From Candidatus Omnitrophota bacterium (GTDB lineage Bacteria; Omnitrophota; Gorgyraeia; JABMRN01; RBG-13-46-9), in NCBI GenBank assembly GCA_043817155.1, contig JBDRHE010000059.1, forward strand, positions 97 through 64,096: a stretch of 64,000 bases of DNA. Direction: 5' to 3'. A program made the translations under genes and the position numbers. Positions within the stretch are counted from its first letter, which is position 1; every line of letters starts with the position of its first letter. Below are positions 39,400-48,780 of the stretch, one piece after another. A model generated the notes under the pieces. That model was not told the origin of the DNA. It saw nothing but the letters and a program-made list of their open reading frames with translations, and did no database searches.

Positions 39400-41334
39400 A
39401 GATCGCTCTCTTTCTGGGAGTGCTTTCTGATATTATAGTTTGATCGCATGGGCTTATTACCATGTTCCCCCATTTCATTTTGTAGGTATCTCCGGCATAC
39501 CGAATGGCCTGGTCTCTTTCTTTGCTATTATCAAACCCCTCCAGCAAACAATTTATAAAGTTGCCCATCCTCTCTCCTCCTCTGCCATCTCGGTAAGAGT
39601 CCAATTTGTCGGCATACGAAGACCAATCACCCAGGCGCGGATGATTGTTTGAATTCTCTTTATAGCTTTTTAACGTATTCATGAGCTCGCCTAAATCGTT
39701 AAAAATGAGCCTTCCGTATCCCCATTTATAGTATTTATGACCATTGAAGTTTGCGGGATCATAATGAACCCCTCTCTGCCCGGCAATTGCTACCTCTGCG
39801 ATAGCCGAAGCAATACCTATTCCCACAGTCATATCCGTACCGAACGAAACGCCGGAAGGCAAATAACCGACCATATCCTCGATCTTTTTGCACCTTCCGG
39901 TTCCGAGTGCCCTCTCAAGCAGGGGAAGAACGGAAGACAGGCTGTCCAGGATAAGATTGTTCTTAGATTTTATTATTAACCCAATGTCATCGTCTTGAAA
40001 TAACCACTCAAAAAATGCTTTATACAGCATCTCCACCGCGCCCTTGGCGATAGGGGTATGTGAGCTACATGCGTTATCAAAGAGGCTTATTATAAAATTC
40101 GCGCCTTTGTCTCTTAAAGCCTTGGAAATTTGCAATGACGATTCTACATTCTCTTCGGAGAATATGTCGATTGGATACCCGCATATAACGAATTTTTCAA
40201 TTCTGTCATGATTTACCTTGAAATAATCGAAATAATCTTTGTTCCAAATAAACATTATATGTTTTGGATGAAAACCGATATCAAAAAGATGGATTGGCGA
40301 TAGCTCCGATCGTTGTTTTCCTACAAGGACACCATTTTTATCCATGTCAAACGCTATGGCCTGGGCTATGTTTTCCGGTGACCCCTCTTCGGTTATATAA
40401 TGAACGCTGATATTAAAATGGTCGTAAAAAGAACGCCAGTAATAAACGCGTTCCGATAGAATATCACCCATTTTTACTATCCACTTTTCTGTAGGCCTTT
40501 CTGTTTTGTCTGCTTTTAAGGTCATGGCCTTCAAAATTTTAGGTGCTTGCCAGTAATGGCAATCTGTGCCGTTTTCAATGATACCTTGCTCCAAAACTAC
40601 CCATCTAAAACCTTTGTCCTCTATGTCACGTATGACTTCTTTGCGTATTACGAGGACCTTTCTTCCCCTATCAGCGTCATCGGCCGTATAACCCCTTTGG
40701 TAACATACGGAGTATTGTAACGCTTATCGAAATAAATCAGAACTTTTTCGGGTTTTATACCACTTTTTGCGTACCAGCACAGGTCGTTCCGTCTTGACGC
40801 GTCTAGACCCTCGGCGTAATGACAAGCAATAGCGTTCCGCGGTCTATCCTCCGCGGGCAGACAGTAATTCTTCTTGGTATCAAACAACCTGCGCTTAATA
40901 AGAACGACAAATTTCCTTAAGTGGTCACGGACTTTTTTTTTCAATAAATGGGCATGAGCTACATAATAAACCGCCCGGTTGTGCATAACTAATGGCACAT
41001 CTTCGAAAGACCAGCAGTTTTCTAACTCCGGCAATATACCTTCTCTCGGTATTGATACTGACTGCTCCCTCAAAGGTATATGCTTACCGGCGCGCCTATA
41101 CCATTGTATAACACATGCCTGGCGCACAAACGGAAATATCTCCTTTTTTATGGAGTATTGAAAATACAGCATGACCCTTTGGCTGGGCATCTTTTCAGCC
41201 ACTTCTTTATACGCATGCGAAGATGTAATGATATCCGATATGCGCAGTACATAGTCGAATGTTATGCGCTCGACTTCGTATCGAAGCGCAACACCTTCTT
41301 TGCATTTCATTTCTCCAAGATCATACTTTAACAT
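39380..41334 (-). pseudogene. Frameshifted ~651-aa GT-B-like gene (ORFs 40648-41334 and 39380-40594 are one gene)
   Basis: The downstream frame is open from 40723 and overlaps the upstream ORF in the -1 frame. The joined length and C-terminus (LDSYRDG..RMGNFI..YKMKWG) match the intact paralog at 32808-34841. Confidence 0.75.
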
Positions 41335-42349
41335 TCAAGCTTTCCTTTTTTATTCCGGTCAGAGACGGGTAGGCTTCGACCCCTTCACCCGTTTTTTGCC
41401 AGTGATCATATCGCTCCTTTAACAACCCGTTCTCGAGGAGGATCTCATCCAGCCTTTCCCGGAAGGACCTTCTTATCTTAATCCCCGATAACTCATATCC
41501 AAAATGTTGCATAACTTTGTTGTTAACCAATTCGGCAAAGAATATTTCAAAAGGGTCTGCGCTCTTCTTCCATCTTCCGGCAGGGGCGCTGGATACAGTG
41601 TTCATTTTTTTATTAAAAGACGAGTCGCCGGTCCACCGGCGCCCCTGTCTATCCTTAAACTGCTTTACATCCAGCATAGCAGGCTCAAACTTTATCCTTA
41701 AAAATTTACAGAGTCTTTTTGCCTCGGTAAGTGGATTGTCGACAAAATTCTCATATTTCAGGATGTAATAGTTGTCTGGGTCAAGTGTCTCTCTGTACTC
41801 AACAGCCTTTTGGAATGAATGCTGTGAACAAAATACTGAATCAAGATAAGAATATCCTGGTTCGTACGTCATTTCTCTATAGCTACACAACACATCTCGC
41901 GGGTCCCTGAGAACATGAATCACTTTTCCCGAAGGAAACATCTGTAAAAAATTCGGGATCTGCCCCCAGCAAACATTCGTTTTTTCTCCCCATCCGGTTA
42001 CTATCTTCGCACAATCAGATGCCAGGGCTTTCATCACAATATCATAGATGTGCTTGTATTCGATTTTTTTGAGCTTCCGTATTTCGCTTATGGCTTTATC
42101 GAGATTAAATTCCATTTTCCATCTTTTTAATATGCGATCGTGGATTTCTTGTACAAGTCTCATAGCTTGATCGGCATCCCTTATCGGCTCGTATTTGCCG
42201 TAAGAAAACCTCATAAAATGGACGGAATCATATGTGACCCAAAGCTTAGAATGATTGTTAAGCATGCGACTGACAAGGGTTGTGCCGGAACGATATATGC
42301 CGGTAATAAATATTCTTGTTTCAAAACCAGAGATCATCTGTCGCCTCAT
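41321..42349 (-). CDS. Sulfotransferase
   Basis: 5'-PSB ITGIYRSGTTL, WGEK, 3'-PB LRDPRDVLCS, KYENFV, GRWK. Confidence 0.93.
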   Translation of the reverse strand: MRRQMISGFETRIFITGIYRSGTTLVSRMLNNHSKLWVTYDSVHFMRFSYGKYEPIRDADQAMRLVQEIHDRILKRWKMEFNLDKAISEIRKLKKIEYKHIYDIVMKALASDCAKIVTGWGEKTNVCWGQIPNFLQMFPSGKVIHVLRDPRDVLCSYREMTYEPGYSYLDSVFCSQHSFQKAVEYRETLDPDNYYILKYENFVDNPLTEAKRLCKFLRIKFEPAMLDVKQFKDRQGRRWTGDSSFNKKMNTVSSAPAGRWKKSADPFEIFFAELVNNKVMQHFGYELSGIKIRRSFRERLDEILLENGLLKERYDHWQKTGEGVEAYPSLTGIKKESLNVKV

Positions 42350-43686
42350 TTTTTCGGTTTCACAATTTTAACGAATAGACTACCGTACCTGTCATTTGCA
42401 GCCACACCGATTGTGTCAATATCATCGGCATGTATCGAGTCATAATCAAAGGTGTATGACCATTTATCCAAAGAAGTGTCAAAATCAAAATTGTCGTGAA
42501 TAAAGCGACCCGTCTTCGTTTTTACAGAGAGGAAAGGTTGTGGGCCAAAAACTTTTCCCTCTACCGTTTCTACTTCCAGAAATGCCCTTTCGGCACTATC
42601 TTTAAAAGATACTTTAAGCTCAAGGGGTTCAAAGCTATTTCCGTCGCAATAAATCGCGGATCTAAACGCATCTACTGCTTCGCAAAATTTGAATTTGACA
42701 TCGGGATATCTTTTGCTTACATGACTGATTATATCTCTTGCAAAATCAACTTCATACGCCATATTGCGAAAATCATGGTTGGCGATACCCATGATCGTCG
42801 GTTTTCCGTCGCGGGCTCTTAAGAAGGCTTTTTCGACTTCATCAGGCGTAAGCTCCCTGCCCCTGGTTTTTATATCGAGGCATCTGCATATCCACCGCCT
42901 GCAGTTACCGGGAATTTGATAATTATCGTGGTTTGGTTGGTAAATAGACCAGTCATCCGGCGCCAACCTCCAGTCGCCGGACCGGCCGCCGGCTATGTCA
43001 ATTTGGTTCTCATGAACATCGTTCTCTTCCCGATATGCCCAGTTACTTGCGTCAAAGGGTACCCACTGTTCCAGGAATAGATGGCTGTCCGGCCGCTCTG
43101 TTTGAAAGCCTGCTCGAAACGCAACCGGAAACCAATTTCGTTCAATAATTCTTCTGCAAAGAATTTCATAAAGATACGGCGAATTCACATAACTTGTAGC
43201 GCAGCGATGAGCCTCTTTATACACGGACATTGGGTGAAAATGCCAATGTATTCCGTCTTGACTCGATCCGGTTCTTTCTTTCATCTGTTTGTAGTGGTCG
43301 AATATTTTATGGAAGCCCATATCGCGCCGCCTCGGATTGTGCGCGTAATTAACGTGGTCCACACAATACCAATTATATACCCATCCGTTCCCGAATGAAT
43401 CGAGCGCCTTATTTCTGAACTCCGGACTCATGACTTTTATAAGCATTGAGTCGATCTTCCCCCACGTATCGTTATAACATAAATTTCGGCTGCTAAAAAT
43501 GCTTGCGATAACGTCCGTATTTTTTCCGAAATCGATACATTTATCCTGAATGCGTTTTAAGTTTTCCCTTGTTGGCTCCAACGTTATGCCGAACATTTCA
43601 TGCAATCGTTGAAATGTTGCCTCTAAAGACTCATATAAAGGGCCTTCCGCATCTACACAGTGAATGATATAAACGATCTTTTCCAT
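42346..43686 (-). CDS. Uncharacterised protein, possible polysaccharide-deacetylase (CE4/NodB-like) barrel
   Basis: HCVDAEG (DxE), HWHFH, FRAG and NHD in CE4-like order. Confidence 0.5.
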   Translation of the reverse strand: MEKIVYIIHCVDAEGPLYESLEATFQRLHEMFGITLEPTRENLKRIQDKCIDFGKNTDVIASIFSSRNLCYNDTWGKIDSMLIKVMSPEFRNKALDSFGNGWVYNWYCVDHVNYAHNPRRRDMGFHKIFDHYKQMKERTGSSQDGIHWHFHPMSVYKEAHRCATSYVNSPYLYEILCRRIIERNWFPVAFRAGFQTERPDSHLFLEQWVPFDASNWAYREENDVHENQIDIAGGRSGDWRLAPDDWSIYQPNHDNYQIPGNCRRWICRCLDIKTRGRELTPDEVEKAFLRARDGKPTIMGIANHDFRNMAYEVDFARDIISHVSKRYPDVKFKFCEAVDAFRSAIYCDGNSFEPLELKVSFKDSAERAFLEVETVEGKVFGPQPFLSVKTKTGRFIHDNFDFDTSLDKWSYTFDYDSIHADDIDTIGVAANDRYGSLFVKIVKPKK

Positions 43687-43802
43687 AGCTACTTAAGAGA
43701 TCTTGTGTTAATAAACGTGTCGAATGTTCGCTTGTGACATCCTCCTCACAAAATCAGCTTCTCTCTTTCTTTGCTGTATTTTCGGCTCTTCAAACGTTAC
43801 TT

Positions 43803-45032
43803 TTACCGTGCCATATCTTCATAAACTGTTCTTCTCAATTTCCATTTGCCGTCTTTGTTTTCCCATAAATGGGGCGATCGAAATTTTTCACAAAGTTCCA
43901 AAAATTCCTCTTTCTCCATGCCGATATACTCCATTACTTCGTCAAAATACTTTATAGGAAATTCTCCGTCGAACCTCCGGACAAGGGCCTTTCCTTCCTC
44001 CCTTGTAAGGTGCTTGTTGCGGATCTCCTGGGAAGCATCATAGGTAGCCCGGCCGATACCGAACTTTATATAGGTTGCGTAATACTGCAATCCGTCTATG
44101 CGATCGTCCAGACTGTTATATTTACTGTAAGTCCCTTCTGTCCTTTCCGGGTTTGCCGCGAAACCGGTATGCTCAACGGCGTAATAATAGGACTCCTGGG
44201 GCGTCCATTTTAAGTAATAACCGAGATAGTTCACCTTGATTTCGGATCGTTCCAACTGCTTATAGTCAGCCGGCAGATAGGTCTGTATATCATTCGCTGT
44301 TAAGCCGTGCTTTTCCATTAACTCTTTAACGCTTGCGCCGGCAATGTAGATTTCATCTAAATGCCGCATTGTATAATACGATTTGCCCCTGAGAGACGTA
44401 TTGGTATCGGCAATGGGATTGCCGTATTCGGCTTCATTTTCGCCGTAAAAAACAAGCAGAATGCCGAGCCTGGTCGCGAGTTTCGGCGCCAGATTTTTTT
44501 GGCCCAGAATAAACGGTTGAAAAGGGTGTAACAGATTTCTGATAGCTAACCTGGTTAACAGAGCGTGAACCCTGCCGTTGTAATTAAAGGATATATTGTC
44601 AAAGCCGCCTACGTCGATCCAGTTTCTAAAATTCTTCCATCCGATCTCTGTGTAAATGATAGGCGGCCAGGTTACTGTAAGCGGGTGCATGCCATATTTA
44701 TATTTTAGAATATGCGCCGCGTATGCGCTGTCTTTTCCTCCGCTTCCGGGCACGATACAATCATAATTACCGTCTTTCCTTCTATATTTTTCGAGAAGTC
44801 TTAAAAGCTCTTCTTCGCGGGTTTTCCAATCAATCTCTTTCTTGCGTTCGGCAAAGCGACACGCGTCGCATACGCCTTCTTTATCAATAAAAAGTGTCGG
44901 CTTCTTCTGAGTTACCGTGTGCTTAAATTCAGGCACTGACGAGGGCCTTTGGTTCGACATAACACAGCGCTTACAAAACTTTACAACTTTCGGTAAGCCG
45001 TATTTTGCCTCGAGTTTTTGCGTTTCTGCCAT
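43803..45032 (-). CDS. N-acetyl sugar amidotransferase (WbuX/PseA/PtmG-like)
   Basis: FCKRC, CDAC, PP-loop SGGKDS, YGENEAEYG, KFGIGRA. Confidence 0.95.
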   Translation of the reverse strand: MAETQKLEAKYGLPKVVKFCKRCVMSNQRPSSVPEFKHTVTQKKPTLFIDKEGVCDACRFAERKKEIDWKTREEELLRLLEKYRRKDGNYDCIVPGSGGKDSAYAAHILKYKYGMHPLTVTWPPIIYTEIGWKNFRNWIDVGGFDNISFNYNGRVHALLTRLAIRNLLHPFQPFILGQKNLAPKLATRLGILLVFYGENEAEYGNPIADTNTSLRGKSYYTMRHLDEIYIAGASVKELMEKHGLTANDIQTYLPADYKQLERSEIKVNYLGYYLKWTPQESYYYAVEHTGFAANPERTEGTYSKYNSLDDRIDGLQYYATYIKFGIGRATYDASQEIRNKHLTREEGKALVRRFDGEFPIKYFDEVMEYIGMEKEEFLELCEKFRSPHLWENKDGKWKLRRTVYEDMAR

Positions 45033-45034
45033 CT

Positions 45035-45718
45035 CTATCTATTCTCCTTTTTTCTGATCAATTCAGCCCAATTTTGGTATATCTTAAGGCCCTGCCCGGC
45101 GCTTCTTTCCGGATGAAACTGACAGGCAAAAATATTATCACGCTCAAGACTTGAGCAATACCTGATGCCCTCATAGGATGTGTATGATAACACGCTATCA
45201 TGCGTATCCGGCGCCACAAAGTAGGAGTGCACAAAATACATGAATTCCCCATCCCGGATGCCCCTTAACAGCGAGTCCTCCCAATAATCACCCTTTTTAT
45301 CATCGGGCCTCTTTAACTTATTCCATCCCACCTGCGGCACCTTCATGCCTTTATTGGAATCCCTTCCGGAAGAAAAGTTGACAACGGAACCTTTTATTAT
45401 ATTCAGGCCCTCGTGAACACCGAACTCTTCACTTTTCGTAAGCAAAAGTTGCATCCCTAAACATATACCCATAAAAGGTCTCCCCGTACCGATAAAGTCT
45501 TTGATCGGGCCTGCCAGATCCAATTTTTTAATATTACGCATGGCAATTCCAAACGCTCCCACGCCCGGCAATATTGCCGAGTCGCTGTTTACTATACCGG
45601 CGCTATCTGAAGTAATAAAGGCGCTTAGCCCCGCGTGTTCACAGGCCCGCTTTATGCTGAACAGATTGCCCATACCGAAATCTATTATAGCAACGTTTGA
45701 CTTAGAATTTACCGGCAT
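45035..45718 (-). CDS. hisH: Glutamine amidotransferase, HisH paralog (WbuY-like)
   Basis: DFGMGN, LPGVGAF, GICLGMQ, YFVHSY, QFHPERS. Context suggests a glycan-dedicated paralog. Confidence 0.9.
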   Translation of the reverse strand: MPVNSKSNVAIIDFGMGNLFSIKRACEHAGLSAFITSDSAGIVNSDSAILPGVGAFGIAMRNIKKLDLAGPIKDFIGTGRPFMGICLGMQLLLTKSEEFGVHEGLNIIKGSVVNFSSGRDSNKGMKVPQVGWNKLKRPDDKKGDYWEDSLLRGIRDGEFMYFVHSYFVAPDTHDSVLSYTSYEGIRYCSSLERDNIFACQFHPERSAGQGLKIYQNWAELIRKKENR

Positions 45719-46589
45719 AAACGTCTTTCCCCTTTAGCGCTTCCCTGCATGGTATCCCGTGTTCGGACAGGAAGAACTTTATCTCGCTTAAGTTTGTCGG
45801 TCTAATTTTAGAAAAGATACGTCCGCTCTTTGCATACTCGAGATTTCCTTCGAGAGTATAATCGCCTTCATTAATTTTTCTGCGTTTGATGAAATCGTAA
45901 TGCAGAATTGAGGCAAAGCTTACTGCGTCAGCCTTCCCGTCAATAATTACATCTTTAATGTGGCCGGTTTGGCCTGCGCCCCCACAGGCTATGACCGGGA
46001 TAGACACTGTCTCCGAGATTTTACGCGTTAACTCCAGGTCGTAACCGATCCCCGTTCCTTCGCGATCAACAGAGGTCAGCATGATCTCACCGGCGCCAAG
46101 TTCGGTAACCCGCAAGGCCCACTGGCATACATCCATTCCGGTATGCTCTCTGCCGTTGTCGGTAAAGGCCTGGTAGCTGCCATCCGGTTGCTTGATAGCC
46201 TCTATAGAAATAACGATGGTTGATGATCCGAATTCCCTTGAGGCTTCACGAATGATGTCCGGGTTATTGATAGCCGCGGTATTAAGACTTACCTTATCCG
46301 CGCCGGCACGCAAGACCTCTTTTATGTCCCGAAGAGTCCTTATCCCCCCGCCGACCGTCAGGGGTATAAAAATGTCCCTGGCTGTCTTCTCGATTATCCG
46401 ATTCAAACTGTTGCGCCCGTATAAGCTGGCGACAACATCCATATAGATAAGTTCGTCCGCTCCGGTTTCGTAATAATACTGCGCGAACTCTTCGGGTTTG
46501 CCCAGAACCCTCAGGCCTTCCAGGTGAATGCCCTTGACTAAATTGGGCCCTTTAATATCCAGACGCGGTATAATTCTTATGTATTTCAA
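45702..46589 (-). CDS. hisF: Imidazole glycerol phosphate synthase cyclase HisF paralog (WbuZ-like)
   Basis: IIPRLDIK..LVKG, GADEL, PLTVGGG, GADKV, GAGEI.LTSVDREG. Confidence 0.9.
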   Translation of the reverse strand: MKYIRIIPRLDIKGPNLVKGIHLEGLRVLGKPEEFAQYYYETGADELIYMDVVASLYGRNSLNRIIEKTARDIFIPLTVGGGIRTLRDIKEVLRAGADKVSLNTAAINNPDIIREASREFGSSTIVISIEAIKQPDGSYQAFTDNGREHTGMDVCQWALRVTELGAGEIMLTSVDREGTGIGYDLELTRKISETVSIPVIACGGAGQTGHIKDVIIDGKADAVSFASILHYDFIKRRKINEGDYTLEGNLEYAKSGRIFSKIRPTNLSEIKFFLSEHGIPCREALKGKDVYAGKF

Positions 46590-47308
46590 AACCCGCTTTC
46601 CTTATTTAAACGTGAATCTATAACTGCTTTGGCTAACGTAAGATCTTTCCTGGTATCGATATCTACAACCGTTTCGTTTACAATCATCGCTTTAATCCTG
46701 TCGCCGTAAATCGAGTAAAGAAACCCCGCCTTATATGGAATTTCTTTTGTAAATTTTTTATAAAATTTCTGCGCTTCAAACACGAGTGTATGGCCGTCAT
46801 GAATCATAAGCTTAGGCAATGCCTGCCTTCTGTAATGCGCTTCCCTCTTCATGGGTAGTTCGCGGTCAGTAAATTCAAACATCCATTCCGGATGATACTT
46901 CTCGATTCTTTGCATACTGATGACGGCGTCATAACTCCGATTTTTTCTTAAAAAAACAATGGCATCATAAAATAATTGTGGATACCGCGTCGGAATATTT
47001 CCGTATACGAGACTGCAATATCGGTACCCGGCCCCCTCTCTCTCGATAGCATCTGCCAGTACGTCATCGATCCTGCTTGCGTCACCGCACAACTTGCTTG
47101 GCCTGCTGATGTATGGAATTTTCTTCCTTTTGCAATAACTTATTACCCGCTCAATATTTGTCGATACGACCGTTTTTACCTCCTTCCCCAGCGACAAAGA
47201 GTAATCGATAGCGTATTCGGCCGCCATTCTGCCCCTTATTCCTCTGGTGCACTTGTCTCTTAATCCCTTGCTGCCTTTTCTTGCGCACACAACTGACAAT
47301 GTTTTCAT
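46586..47308 (-). CDS. Acylneuraminate cytidylyltransferase-like protein (divergent)
   Basis: CARKGSKGLRDK, VST, SRP, YRRQ, VDIDT..D. Confidence 0.85.
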   Translation of the reverse strand: MKTLSVVCARKGSKGLRDKCTRGIRGRMAAEYAIDYSLSLGKEVKTVVSTNIERVISYCKRKKIPYISRPSKLCGDASRIDDVLADAIEREGAGYRYCSLVYGNIPTRYPQLFYDAIVFLRKNRSYDAVISMQRIEKYHPEWMFEFTDRELPMKREAHYRRQALPKLMIHDGHTLVFEAQKFYKKFTKEIPYKAGFLYSIYGDRIKAMIVNETVVDIDTRKDLTLAKAVIDSRLNKESGF

Positions 47309-47319
47309 AATAAATTCCC

Positions 47320-48780
47320 CTAAAAGATATCGATTCCGCCATGCTCGGCACGGTGCTTTAATAATGCTTCGTCCTTAAAATAATCATCAGCCATGTCTCC
47401 GAAAAGATTCGTCAACTTGGCCATGTAACTTTCCTCGGTCTCCGGTTTGATTCGCGAGCGTACCTCGGATATCATCTCTTCTCTTTTGGAAATAAGTTCG
47501 GTATCTGTAAACACATTGGTTAAATTAATAAGAAAATCTCTGGCGTCCCCCATGGACATCACAAAATCATGTATTCGGTCCTTTTTGATTCGGCCTGTTC
47601 TGAGAGCGTACTCAAAAAGTTGCGTTCCCGGGTACGGCACGGCAAACATAATGGATTTTAGTGGTATATTATTTCTTACGCAAAACTCTACGGTTTTGCG
47701 GCATGATTCAACGTCCTCTTCCGGCATCCCTATCATAAAGCTTATAGGTAACATCATCTTATATCGCCTGTTTAACACGACCGCGTTCTCCATCTGGGCT
47801 ATCGTCACGTTCTTCCCCATAGACGCGAGCATCCCTTGAGAGCCGGATTCAAATCCATAAGATATGGACACACATCCGGCGCTCTTCATCCTTCGCACAA
47901 TATCATCGTCAACAAGGTTAACGCGCCCGGTACAGGACCACAAAAGTCCCGGAACGTTTCTCTCGATCTTCTCACAGAACTCATATATGCGTTTCTTTCC
48001 CATCAAAAACTCGTCATCCTGAAAAGAGATAAAGTCCACTTTATATTGTTTCCTTAAATACACAAGCGCCTCGACTATAAAATCAGCCGAATGCGCCCTG
48101 AAATTTCTACCCCAGGGTTGATAACAAAATACGCAGTCGTATGGGCATCCCCGGCTTGAGATAAAATCTATATCCCTTCCAAGACCTACCACGGGATTGG
48201 AAAGGTAAATTTCCATCGGAAGTAAATCGTAAGCCGGCAGATCGCTTTCGATATCGAGGTCCTGCAGTAGCTCCTGTTTCCCGGAACATATTATTTCGCC
48301 GTCAATTTTAAAGTAAAACCCCTTTACATTCGTCAATTCGCTAAAGGCGCCTCCTCCGGCCAGTCCTTCGATAAGGTCAACCATAGCCTTTTCACCTTCA
48401 CCCGCGCAAACAATATCTACATTCGAATGACGCAGCAAGACCTCGGGTACCGACATTGCCACGCTGCCACCCGCGATCACTATTGCCTCCCGATTTATTG
48501 CTTTTATAATGCCGGCATACTCGACAATAACCCTGTAAACCGGTATTAGACCTCCCATAAGGACTATATCAAAAGGCATCGAATTCAAAATTGACTTTAG
48601 CTCCGTTTTTGTATAGCGATGCGCGTTAGCGTCTATAAACGTTGGAGTTATACCCGTCTTCTTTCGAATAACATTCGCCAGAATAGCCAGGCCATGAGGT
48701 ATGTGCCTCGGTTTATCGTTTAAACGTATCGGAGGATTAATAATTATTATTCTGGGTAATTTTTTATTCAGTTTTGTCAT
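47320..48780 (-). CDS. Cobalamin-binding-domain radical SAM protein
   Basis: IINPP, PHGLAILA, AGEGE, SSRGCPYDCVFC, YGFESGS, PYPGT. Confidence 0.93.
   Translation of the reverse strand: MTKLNKKLPRIIIINPPIRLNDKPRHIPHGLAILANVIRKKTGITPTFIDANAHRYTKTELKSILNSMPFDIVLMGGLIPVYRVIVEYAGIIKAINREAIVIAGGSVAMSVPEVLLRHSNVDIVCAGEGEKAMVDLIEGLAGGGAFSELTNVKGFYFKIDGEIICSGKQELLQDLDIESDLPAYDLLPMEIYLSNPVVGLGRDIDFISSRGCPYDCVFCYQPWGRNFRAHSADFIVEALVYLRKQYKVDFISFQDDEFLMGKKRIYEFCEKIERNVPGLLWSCTGRVNLVDDDIVRRMKSAGCVSISYGFESGSQGMLASMGKNVTIAQMENAVVLNRRYKMMLPISFMIGMPEEDVESCRKTVEFCVRNNIPLKSIMFAVPYPGTQLFEYALRTGRIKKDRIHDFVMSMGDARDFLINLTNVFTDTELISKREEMISEVRSRIKPETEESYMAKLTNLFGDMADDYFKDEALLKHRAEHGGIDIF

Noticed and set aside
40933-40941. 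Minus-strand A9 run as the slippage site joining the split gene
   Set aside because: The -1 frame has a TAA at 40724-40726, so a shift here cannot reach the downstream ORF.
45035-46589. Histidine biosynthesis operon
   Set aside because: No other his genes; adjacency to a WbuX-type amidotransferase indicates ammonia supply for glycan modification.
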